From positions 2,445 through 66,444 of the forward strand of contig JAXGTH010000002.1 of the NCBI GenBank assembly GCA_040775045.1: 64,000 bases of DNA. The letters are read 5' to 3'. A program made the translations under genes and the position numbers. Positions 28,415 to 36,981 of this stretch are shown piece by piece (position 1 is the stretch's first letter; each line of letters starts with the position of its first letter). The notes beneath the pieces were generated by a model, which worked only from the letters and a program-made list of their open reading frames with translations, had not been told where the DNA came from and ran no database searches. Source of the DNA: Bacteroidales bacterium. GTDB lineage: Bacteria > Bacteroidota > Bacteroidia > Bacteroidales > B18-G4.

Positions 28415-28981
28415 TCATCGGCCTTCGCCAAGGTTGTAAGTTTCGAGTATCGAATACAGGGGCCCCTGTGGCCTGAGGACGCTTTCGAAGAGGTGGAATT
28501 CCTTCACCTCTTCGTTTTGTATGTATGCCTGCCTGTGCCTTTCGATTACCTGCCGGAAGGCCTTCTTGTCATGCAGGAACTTGATCCTGGCCACCGTCAG
28601 GTGCGGGACGAAATTCTGCCTGTCGCGGGGGAACCCGGCTGTTTCAAGATGACTGAAAATATTATCTGCCAGTGTTGTGATATCTTCCCGGGGTGATATG
28701 CCCAGCCAGATCACCCTGGGTTGATAGCTGCTTCCGAAAATGCCGGTATCCTTAATATCGAACCCAAAGGCGGAAGATTCCCGGGCTGCCTGTTTAAGAG
28801 CTGCGCTGATCGGAGGAATCTTGTTTTCCGGAGTTTCGCCGAAGAATTTCAGGGTGAGATGGATATTCCCGGGGTCGACCCATTTGATCTTCTCATCCTT
28901 CAGCGGTTTCCTCAGTGAATAATAATGTTGCATGAAGGTTTCCGTCGGATGTATCTTGATGGCGGCAAAGAGGCGTTTCAT
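28415..28981 (-). CDS. thpR: RNA 2',3'-cyclic phosphodiesterase (2H phosphoesterase, LigT/ThpR)
   Basis: Two HxTx motifs, 'IHLTLKFFG' and 'PHLTVARI'. ATG at 28981 (MKRLFAAIK) gives 188 aa. Confidence 0.8.
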   Translation of the reverse strand: MKRLFAAIKIHPTETFMQHYYSLRKPLKDEKIKWVDPGNIHLTLKFFGETPENKIPPISAALKQAARESSAFGFDIKDTGIFGSSYQPRVIWLGISPREDITTLADNIFSHLETAGFPRDRQNFVPHLTVARIKFLHDKKAFRQVIERHRQAYIQNEEVKEFHLFESVLRPQGPLYSILETYNLGEGR

Positions 28982-29085
28982 GGTAAGCAAAGATAAAAAA
29001 TGAGCGCCATGCATGGTATCAGGCATGTGTTTATTTAGTATAATTGTATGGAGCAATTCATCAAACAGCTTTTATCCGACAGCAA

Positions 29086-30018
29086 ATGGCCGGCAAGATC
29101 AAACGCATGCAGTATGACCAGATCCTGGATCTGCTGCGCAGGGTCGATACGGAATCGATCTATGAAAAAGTGACCAAGGTCCCGCATGGCGATGACCTCT
29201 ACCATGAACTCGAACAGTACGTCAACCTCAAGGAGTTTACCAAGGTGGCAGTGCTGGGCATCGACATATACCGTTACGGGCTCTATAAGCACCTTGAGCA
29301 GACCATGATCCCGACACTGTTCAAGATCCTGTTCGACAAGGCCATCAGGCTTTGCCTCGAGAACAACCAGTTCGTCTTCCAGTATTATACCAAGGAGAAG
29401 ATCGAAAAGTCGTTCATCAGCACCGGCGACGGCGGTTTCCTCATCTTTGAAACACCGCTGCATGCCCTTTTCTTTGCCATCAATTTCGAGATGATGGTCA
29501 GGGCATTCAATGCATATCATCATTTCCCGAAACTCCGGAAGATCATCGGCAGCATTTCGCTGAGGTATGCCATCACTTACGATACGATCTTCCACTTCGA
29601 GGACAATTATTACGGCAGTGCCATCATCAACAATGCCAGGATACTCGAAAAGGATACCCTCAACCGCTGCCTGCTCGACCAGCGGACGTATGAATGGTTC
29701 CTGACGAACATCGATGGCATCGAGAACCTGCAGACCTACACCATTTACGATATTGCCAACATCTTTGAGTTTACGAAGTATGACCGGAAGTACATCAAGA
29801 ACGGCGACAATGACATCATCAATACACGCCTTTCGAGGTATACGGGCATCATCAATTCAGACATCCTGCGTATCGGGCAGTTCCAGACGAAGGAAATATC
29901 CATGAATATCTTCAACCTCCACCTTCAGGTTACCCTTTATGCCTATGCCGACAATAAAAAAGAAAGTAAAAGGCGTATTACGGTGAGCCTCGGCAACCTC
30001 AACACTTCGGGGATTTGA
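29086..30018 (+). CDS. Nucleotidyl-cyclase-like (class III cyclase / GGDEF palm fold) protein with unassigned N- and C-terminal regions
   Basis: Ordered blocks 'VAVLGIDIYRYG', 'FISTGDGGFLIFETP' and 'LRYAITYDTIFHFEDNYYGSAIINNARILE'. The first ATG is at 29086; the track ORF begins at TTG 29044. Confidence 0.55.
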   Translation: MAGKIKRMQYDQILDLLRRVDTESIYEKVTKVPHGDDLYHELEQYVNLKEFTKVAVLGIDIYRYGLYKHLEQTMIPTLFKILFDKAIRLCLENNQFVFQYYTKEKIEKSFISTGDGGFLIFETPLHALFFAINFEMMVRAFNAYHHFPKLRKIIGSISLRYAITYDTIFHFEDNYYGSAIINNARILEKDTLNRCLLDQRTYEWFLTNIDGIENLQTYTIYDIANIFEFTKYDRKYIKNGDNDIINTRLSRYTGIINSDILRIGQFQTKEISMNIFNLHLQVTLYAYADNKKESKRRITVSLGNLNTSGI

Positions 30019-30090
30019 AACAGCCTGTTCAGTGAGTTTTTCTGAAACCTGCTGTTATACGTTATCTTCGTGTTTATTTATCGTTCATTG

Positions 30091-30132
30091 AACCACAAAG
30101 ATTTGCAAAGGATGCTCAAAGGCACGCAAAGG
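30091..30132. repeat. REP-like CAAAGG-word element
   Basis: 'aaccacaaagatttgcaaaggatgctcaaaggcacgcaaagg' is a second copy of the element at 8103-8185. It also lies between convergent genes. Confidence 0.5.
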
Positions 30133-30151
30133 AATTACGATGATATAAAAT

Positions 30152-30173
30152 ATTGACTTTTGCGACAGTCAAT
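30152..30173 (-). terminator. Weak hairpin terminator candidate after the DUF3858 gene
   Basis: 7-bp stem attgact/agtcaat with an 8-nt loop. On the minus strand it is followed by 'attttat'. The stem is AT-rich, so confidence is low. Confidence 0.3.
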
Positions 30174-30182
30174 GTTTGCGCA

Positions 30183-31988
30183 TTATTCAGCTTTCCTGAG
30201 GATCAACTCCCTCATGGAAGGATTCATCCAGGCCTTCCAGAGTTCGCTGAAAGCCCCGAAGTCGCTGTAATCCACAGTTTCCTTTACGAGGGCTATCTTC
30301 CTCTCGGCGTATATGTTATTCCCTTCCTGTTTCAGGCTGATCCTCAGTTCTCCAATGGCATTGCCGATCGTGACATCAAGCACGGGGCTAACCAGTTCAA
30401 ATCCTTCAGGAACGGTAAAAGTATAGTGATAGGCCTCGCTGATCATCTCATTCAGCCTGATGGGAACCTGCCTCCCGGCCTCAACATAAGTGAATCCCCA
30501 GGAATCGATCCCGTTGCGGGATGCTGGGATATCCATGAAAAAGTAATGACCATACTGCTCCCATGCCCCTTCCCTGTCGATGCTCAACTCAAAATTGCTC
30601 TCTGCCTGTTCATTCTTCAGGAGTTCAACTTCTTTTGCACCGCTTGCGTACCTTTTTGCATAGGCCGTGTCGCTGTATAGCCTGAAGTAAGGATTCGCTG
30701 CATTCAGGAGGACGACATCCAGTTTTCCGGTCATGTGCCCCGATTCGTCGATCGTGAGCGTTCCGCGGTAATCGATACCTGCCGGGTCAGCTTCCGGCTC
30801 AAAGGTGCGCAGGCTTTCGATGGCCCCGTCGAGGATCAGCAGCTTGTTCCCCTGCAGGCTGTATGAAAGGTTCTGGTCCTGGCCCCTGACGGGAGAGAAA
30901 AACATGCGCTCTCCCATGCCCACCTTGGCCATAACCACGAAATCCCTGAACATATAAAGACTTCCTACCTCACGGTCGTAGTATTTGCCGGGGATCACCG
31001 CCACGGGGACGCCGCTGAGCCCGGCATGCTGCATCAGGGTAGCAAGCAGGATGCTCTTTTCAAGTTTAGTGCCACCGTTCGACTGCAGCACTACGGCAGG
31101 AGGCCGGCACCTGAACCCGGTATATTCAGGGGAGAGGTTCCAGGTGTTGATATCGTTCACAACGATCTCTTGCAATGCCAGAGCAACGGAAAGGTCATCT
31201 TTCTGTTCTTCCTTCACTTTTTCTACGATCGCTGCCATGGCCGGATCCACCCTGAAGGTGAATGCATCCTGCGCCACAAATGGGAAATAGGCGCGTTCCA
31301 GGTCTTTGGCGGTGCTGAAGAAAAGCCTGGGCAGCAGCAGTGGATCCGTCCCCCACTCTTCGGGATTGGCCTTGAGTCCACTGAAAACGAATGAATAAAC
31401 CTTGTAATTGTCTTCATCACTGACCTCTGGTGCAGTACGCAGGTTAAGCATCTTGTAGTGGAATTCAAGTCCCTGCGGGATACGGATCACAACCTGCTTG
31501 TCCATAACGGGTACGATGTCGCTGATCAGTTCTTCGCCCATGAAAACGGGCATATAACCTGCCTTTGTCTTCAGGGTGTAGTCAAGGTAAATGGTCGCTC
31601 CGACCTCCAGCCCGGTATGCGTGATCACAAGCTCCCGTAACCTGTTATATGCTGCGGCATTTGCAGCGGCACGGGGCAACACTTCATTGAAGGCATTATC
31701 CGGTACCGCTACCTTTTTACCGTCCTTCATGATGGTATAAGCTTCGTTGATCACGATTTCCTGGTATGCGGGATCGAAAATGATAAAGGTTTCACCGAAA
31801 AGCCGGTGGAAGCTCATGTGGCTCAGTAGCTTCACTTCCTTATAGTCCCGGTAGTCATAACTCCCGTCGTTGTGCAGGGTGTATTCGTGGATGACCTTGT
31901 TCAAAACGGCATCCCCGTCCTGGGCATGAAGCGCCGTGAAAAACAGGGGTGATAAGAGGATCAGTAGGTATCTTGAAATTGTCTTCAT
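30183..31988 (-). CDS. DUF3857/DUF3858 family protein with degenerate transglutaminase-like core
   Basis: Signal peptide present, and the N-terminal block resembles that of the upstream paralog. By-eye alignment shows no catalytic Cys/His/Asp. Confidence 0.75.
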   Translation of the reverse strand: MKTISRYLLILLSPLFFTALHAQDGDAVLNKVIHEYTLHNDGSYDYRDYKEVKLLSHMSFHRLFGETFIIFDPAYQEIVINEAYTIMKDGKKVAVPDNAFNEVLPRAAANAAAYNRLRELVITHTGLEVGATIYLDYTLKTKAGYMPVFMGEELISDIVPVMDKQVVIRIPQGLEFHYKMLNLRTAPEVSDEDNYKVYSFVFSGLKANPEEWGTDPLLLPRLFFSTAKDLERAYFPFVAQDAFTFRVDPAMAAIVEKVKEEQKDDLSVALALQEIVVNDINTWNLSPEYTGFRCRPPAVVLQSNGGTKLEKSILLATLMQHAGLSGVPVAVIPGKYYDREVGSLYMFRDFVVMAKVGMGERMFFSPVRGQDQNLSYSLQGNKLLILDGAIESLRTFEPEADPAGIDYRGTLTIDESGHMTGKLDVVLLNAANPYFRLYSDTAYAKRYASGAKEVELLKNEQAESNFELSIDREGAWEQYGHYFFMDIPASRNGIDSWGFTYVEAGRQVPIRLNEMISEAYHYTFTVPEGFELVSPVLDVTIGNAIGELRISLKQEGNNIYAERKIALVKETVDYSDFGAFSELWKAWMNPSMRELILRKAE

Positions 31989-32002
31989 GGTCGTTGGTTT
32001 GA

Positions 32003-33961
32003 TTAATTGAACTTGAGGATGACGGGTTCATTGGCGAATTTTTTCTGGGCCGACACGGCTTTCCTGAAGGCGCCCCAGTCTTCTTTTTCGTAAATCCTCT
32101 TATGAAGGCTTACCTTTTCATTCACCATCAGCCCGTTGCCCGACTTCGACAGCTTATATCCTCCCTCGAAGGCGGCCGGGAATTCATCAAAGTTTTCCGC
32201 TTCAGGCAGGTAAGCTGCCGTAACTTTTCCCGGTAGTTTTATGTTCTCCTGTAGTTCAACAAGCCTTGAACAACGGTCGCGGAAGGGATATTTCCTCTCT
32301 TCCTTGTCGACATTGTAATACATATGCGACATGGCCCTGGAGAAAATTCCGGACACTACCACGGGGGTAAAGATGATCTCATCTTCCGTAACCAGGGCGA
32401 AATCCGGGATGCTGTATTCGATCCTGAGTTCGATGGGCCCTGAAAGGTAATCATAGGGATCATCATAGGTTGTTTTCTGGATCTCCAGCAGGGGATAATG
32501 CCTCTTGAGCTCACGTTTAAGGTTCTGGTCCCAGTTCCGCCTGAAGTCGCGGGTGAACATACCCCTGATGGCACCGTCCGATTGCCCTTCGGCCTGCAGC
32601 ACCAGCAATCCTTCTAGACTGCCATCCTTGTTGATCTTCGAGTTTCCCGTGAGCCTGATATAATGGTTTTCAGGAGGAGACAGTGGTGTGATGCCAAGGT
32701 CGGCCCCCTCGGGAACACCCAGCAGGTAGTTTTGCTGCTGCTCGGCGCTCGACCAGAGTTCGCGGAGGAAAGGTACCCATGTGGGATCGAGGAGTTCATA
32801 TTGTCCGTTACGGAGCTTGACCACCGTTACGCTGTGGTTAAACTGGTCGGCGGGGATATAGTCGATGCGTGAACCTGCCATGGTCATGGCGGGATAGGAT
32901 TCGAAACCCGCCGCCCTCAGCATCGTGACCAGCATGCCGGCCTTATCCTTGCATACCCCGCAGCGGTCGAGAAAGGTCATCTCTCCCTTGTGCAGGGTAT
33001 ATCCTTCACCTTCACCCATTGAAATGCCCGAATAACGGATCTCATCTGCTACCCAGTGGGTGAGAAGGGAGATGGAGTCCATTTCCGTTTTTGCCCTTCC
33101 CTTGAGGATCTCATCCACCTTTGCTTTGATCTCCGGGGTAAAGTCGAAACTACCATAATCCTCGTTGACATTATAAAACCATAAGGACTTGGCGTACCAG
33201 TCGGGGCTTGAGCTGATCAGCAATTTGGGAGCTACATCGGAGTAGGCCAGCATGCCGGGCTCATATTGCATGGGCTTGATATCCTTCCTGCTGAAGGTGT
33301 AAACCATCTTCTCCTGCCTGAGCCAGGCCGACGATTGCAACTCTCCGTTATAGACTTCGTACTGGACCAGTTTGTCGCGGGGTACGGCGGTCTGATAGAC
33401 CTTTTCCGTGACGGGATCACTGCTCCAGAATTCGATGATGTCGTAAAAATGCCCGCGCATGGGAGGGATGTACCTGTCGTCGTCATCCTGTAGCAACGCA
33501 TAAGTGAAGCCTTTCCTGAAGAGGAAGACCTCTACGGCATCGCCGGGCTCCAGCCTGCCCACCTCGATCATCTTTTCGCGTGCGCCCCAGTAAATGGCCC
33601 TTGCAGGGGCCGGGTAATCCATCACTTCTGCAGTATCGAGTTCCTCTGTCTCTCCCGAAGCCCTGTATATATTCACTTTCCTGATCTCCACATAGGCTGA
33701 GAGGGGATCATAGCCATAGGTGATCGTACTCAGGTCGAGGGCCCCTTCAGCCGTCAGTACCTTGTAAAGCCGGTGGGTATACACATAAGTAAGCCCGGTT
33801 TCCTGTACATCCGAATAGGTGCTGTCGAAGATGATGAGTTTACCGGCACCAGGGTAATCCTTGGCATCACCGGAGTTTCTGATCAAATCGATGACGGGGT
33901 TCGCCTGTACCAGGACCGCAAGGCATGCCAGTGCGGCCAGTATGCTGATCTTTTTTATCAT
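32003..33961 (-). CDS. DUF3857 + transglutaminase-like + DUF3858 protein
   Basis: Signal peptide plus a transglutaminase core: 'CGVCKDKAGMLVTMLRAAGF' (Cys), 'FNHSVTVV' (His) and 'LLDPT' (Asp). Confidence 0.8.
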   Translation of the reverse strand: MIKKISILAALACLAVLVQANPVIDLIRNSGDAKDYPGAGKLIIFDSTYSDVQETGLTYVYTHRLYKVLTAEGALDLSTITYGYDPLSAYVEIRKVNIYRASGETEELDTAEVMDYPAPARAIYWGAREKMIEVGRLEPGDAVEVFLFRKGFTYALLQDDDDRYIPPMRGHFYDIIEFWSSDPVTEKVYQTAVPRDKLVQYEVYNGELQSSAWLRQEKMVYTFSRKDIKPMQYEPGMLAYSDVAPKLLISSSPDWYAKSLWFYNVNEDYGSFDFTPEIKAKVDEILKGRAKTEMDSISLLTHWVADEIRYSGISMGEGEGYTLHKGEMTFLDRCGVCKDKAGMLVTMLRAAGFESYPAMTMAGSRIDYIPADQFNHSVTVVKLRNGQYELLDPTWVPFLRELWSSAEQQQNYLLGVPEGADLGITPLSPPENHYIRLTGNSKINKDGSLEGLLVLQAEGQSDGAIRGMFTRDFRRNWDQNLKRELKRHYPLLEIQKTTYDDPYDYLSGPIELRIEYSIPDFALVTEDEIIFTPVVVSGIFSRAMSHMYYNVDKEERKYPFRDRCSRLVELQENIKLPGKVTAAYLPEAENFDEFPAAFEGGYKLSKSGNGLMVNEKVSLHKRIYEKEDWGAFRKAVSAQKKFANEPVILKFN

Positions 33962-34034
33962 ATTGGGTAGGTTTAATGGGACGGTAAATTTAAGAAATAT
34001 CTTAAGGATGCCCCATTGATATTCATGTTATTTA

Positions 34035-34042
34035 TATTTTTG
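34035..34042 (+). promoter_or_regulatory. -7 promoter box (TAttTTTG) upstream of the metallophosphoesterase gene
   Basis: Exact TAnnTTTG match 31 nt upstream of ATG 34073. Confidence 0.4.
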
Positions 34043-34072
34043 AAAGATCACTAACCTAAATGGGCATCTACC

Positions 34073-34975
34073 ATGAAAAAATTATCTGTACTTATCATCC
34101 TGGCTTTCATAGCCTTCTCATTCAGCAGTTGTGAGCAGAAGCAGGCTGAACCGCAGCAGGAAAAGGCATTTAAGTTTGCCTTCCTCACCGATATCCATGT
34201 CCAGCCCGAGCGGCAGGCCACGGAAGGATTAAGGGCTGCAGTTGCGGCTGTGAATAACCTTAAACCCGATTTCACGATCACGGGAGGCGACCTCATCATG
34301 GATGCCCTCGGGGTAGGTTATGACCGTGCCGACAGCCTCTACGACATATACATCCAGGAAACGTCTGCCCTGGAAATGCCCGTGTACAATACCATCGGGA
34401 ACCATGAACTTTTCGGCATCTATGAGAAAAGCGGAATAAGCCCCGACCATCCCGAATACAAATACGGCATGTATGAGCAAAGGCTCGGGAAGACCTATTA
34501 TTCTTTTGATTACGAAGGATGGCATTTCATGGTCCTCAATTCGATCATTGAAACAGAAGAACGCCGGTATATCGGGATGATCGATGAAGAACAGATGGAA
34601 TGGATCAGCAACGACCTGATGGAGGTGGCCCCGGAAACACCGGTTGTGATCTCGACACATATCCCGTTTATCACGGTTTTTACGCAGGTGCTGTACGGCG
34701 AATATGCACCCGACTACCATGGCCTGGTGGTTGAGAATGCCCGCCAGGTGCTTGATCTTTTCCAGGGGCATAATCTCAAACTGGTTTTGCAGGGCCACCT
34801 GCATTACCTTGAGGACATAGAGGTTGCCGGTGTTCACTACATCACGGCCGGCGCCGTTTCGGCACGGTGGTGGAACGGTCCCAATCACGGCGTGGAAGAA
34901 GGTTTCCTGATGGTTAATGTAAGGGGCGATGACTTTGAATGGGAGTATGTGGATTATGGCTGGAATGCACAATAG
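34073..34975 (+). CDS. Calcineurin-like metallophosphoesterase (secreted/lipoprotein)
   Basis: 'FAFLTDIHV', 'TGGDLIMD', 'IGNHE' and 'LQGHLH' motifs, with lipoprotein-like 'FSFSSC'. Confidence 0.8.
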   Translation: MKKLSVLIILAFIAFSFSSCEQKQAEPQQEKAFKFAFLTDIHVQPERQATEGLRAAVAAVNNLKPDFTITGGDLIMDALGVGYDRADSLYDIYIQETSALEMPVYNTIGNHELFGIYEKSGISPDHPEYKYGMYEQRLGKTYYSFDYEGWHFMVLNSIIETEERRYIGMIDEEQMEWISNDLMEVAPETPVVISTHIPFITVFTQVLYGEYAPDYHGLVVENARQVLDLFQGHNLKLVLQGHLHYLEDIEVAGVHYITAGAVSARWWNGPNHGVEEGFLMVNVRGDDFEWEYVDYGWNAQ

Positions 34976-35005
34976 GCTTGGCAGCCCTTTTATAAAAACT
35001 TGATT

Positions 35006-36793
35006 ATGAGGAATATAATATTTTTATTTTTTGCCTTTCTCCTGGCATCACCATCGCCGGCACAGCAGGATCAATGGATAACTACTTTTGAGGTTTCCCG
35101 GGGAAAACGTACTGCAGATTACGGTGAGGTTATCGATTACTGCCGGAGGCTGGCAGAAGCATCCCCGATGGTGACATACGACCTGATAGGGAAAAGTGCG
35201 GCAGGCTATGATATACCTGTCGTGATCATCAACAGGACCGGTCTTTCGAGGCCCGGAGAGGTGCGGGCCTCAGGTGATCTGGTCATGCTGATAGAAGGAG
35301 GCATACATCCCGGCGAAGCTGAAGGTACCGATGCCATTCTCATGCTGATGCGCGACATCGCCATAACAGGGGAACATGAATCATTGCTGGATAATATTAC
35401 TTTTCTCTTCATCCCGGTTTTCAATGTCGACGGGCTGAATCGCATGAGCCCGTACAACCGGATCAACCAGAACGGCCCGGAAGAGATGGGATGGCGTGCC
35501 AACTCGCAAAACCTTAACCTGAACAGGGACTTCCTGAAGGCCGATACCCCTGAGATGCATGCCTGGCTCAGGATGTTCAGCACCTGGCTGCCCGATTTCT
35601 TTATCGATTGCCATACCACCGACGGGGCAGACTATCAGTACGTACTGACATATATAATGGAAACTTTCGGTACCATGGATCCCATGCTCGACCGCTGGCA
35701 GGAGAAGGAATTCATTCCGTATGTGCAGGGGAGGATGGATGTTGAAGGATTCCTGATGAACCCGTATGTGAGCTTCCGCCGCTGGCATGACCCGCAAAGC
35801 GGGCTGCGTTCCGGCCCCGCCCCACCCCGCCTCTCACAGGGATATACGGCCATACAAAACAGGCCGGGCATGCTCATCGAAACTCATATGCTGAAACCCC
35901 ACAAACTTCGCACGGAAGCAACATACGCCCTGATCCTGGCATCAGCGGAATTCCTGAATATCAATCCCGAAAAACTCGGGGTGATCATCCGGACTGCCGA
36001 TGCCAATACAGCCGATCCTTCGTTCCGTGACCGCCCCTTCCCCGTGAGCTGGACCAGGGACGATACCGACAGCGTGATGGTGGAATTCAAGGGGGTGGAA
36101 TACGATATCGTAAAAAGCGACCTGACAGGCGGGAACTGGTACCGGTACCATCCCGACAGGCCTGTCACCTACGAGCTACCATGGTTCAACAGCTCGATCC
36201 CCTCGGTGACGGCCGACCTTCCGGAAGCATATATCATCCCCCAGCAATGGTACGAGGTGATCTACCGCCTGGCAATCCACGGCGTGGAGATCAGGTACCT
36301 GCTCGAAGATACCGACCTCCGGGTAGAGCAATACCGCTTCAAAGAGCCCCGGTGGAGCAGGGGTCCTTCCGAAGGGCGGTTCGCCATTAATGATATTGAA
36401 TACGAAACCTTCCGCGATACCATCACCTATCGCAAGGGATCGGCCGTGGTCGACATGAACCAGCGTACTGCCAGGGTCATTGCCAATATCCTGGAACCCG
36501 CAGCTCCCGATTCATACGTGCGCTGGGGCTTCTTCAACGCCATTTTCGAGCAGAAGGAATACTCCGAAACCTATGTGATGGAAAGCCTGGCCAGGGAAAT
36601 GCTTGCTTCCGACCCGGAACTCGCGGCCGAATTTGAACGGATGAAGGCGGATGATCCCGACCTTGCCGGATCGCAATGGGGCATGCTCAACTGGTTCTAT
36701 TCCAAAACCCCTTATTGGGACGAGCAGAAAAACCTGTATCCTGTAGGAAAGATCATCGAAAGGCAGGATGTTGAAAATCTGATGCTCGAATGA
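35006..36793 (+). CDS. M14 family zinc carboxypeptidase
   Basis: Zn-binding 'GGIHPGEAEG' and 'DCHTTDGADY'. Signal peptide from ATG 35006 (MRNIIFLFFAFLLASPSPAQQ). Confidence 0.8.
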   Translation: MRNIIFLFFAFLLASPSPAQQDQWITTFEVSRGKRTADYGEVIDYCRRLAEASPMVTYDLIGKSAAGYDIPVVIINRTGLSRPGEVRASGDLVMLIEGGIHPGEAEGTDAILMLMRDIAITGEHESLLDNITFLFIPVFNVDGLNRMSPYNRINQNGPEEMGWRANSQNLNLNRDFLKADTPEMHAWLRMFSTWLPDFFIDCHTTDGADYQYVLTYIMETFGTMDPMLDRWQEKEFIPYVQGRMDVEGFLMNPYVSFRRWHDPQSGLRSGPAPPRLSQGYTAIQNRPGMLIETHMLKPHKLRTEATYALILASAEFLNINPEKLGVIIRTADANTADPSFRDRPFPVSWTRDDTDSVMVEFKGVEYDIVKSDLTGGNWYRYHPDRPVTYELPWFNSSIPSVTADLPEAYIIPQQWYEVIYRLAIHGVEIRYLLEDTDLRVEQYRFKEPRWSRGPSEGRFAINDIEYETFRDTITYRKGSAVVDMNQRTARVIANILEPAAPDSYVRWGFFNAIFEQKEYSETYVMESLAREMLASDPELAAEFERMKADDPDLAGSQWGMLNWFYSKTPYWDEQKNLYPVGKIIERQDVENLMLE

Positions 36794-36865
36794 GCGTGTC
36801 CGTAACGCTTTGCCCAATGCATCATGTAACATAAAACATGAACAACTCACAATGAGAAATATCCT

Positions 36866-36935
36866 GGATGCCGGATACCAGATGCCGGATTCTAGATACC
36901 GGATGCCGGATACCAGATGCAGGATAATGCCGGAT
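36866..36935. repeat. 35-bp tandem direct repeat, two units
   Basis: 'ggatgccggataccagatgc' is identical at 36866-36885 and 36901-36920. The unit tails diverge ('cggattctagatacc' versus 'aggataatgccggat'). Confidence 0.8.
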
Positions 36936-36981
36936 TAATTTTTTACAGCGTCACACAGTCCCGGAGTCTTCAGGATTTGTG

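Noticed and set aside
29086-30018. Calling the cyclase-like gene a bona fide Pycsar or CBASS defence system
   Set aside because: There is no adjacent co-oriented effector (TIR, TM or nuclease with a cNMP-binding domain). Composition looks native and no other defence or mobile genes are nearby. It is kept only as a hypothesis in the findings.
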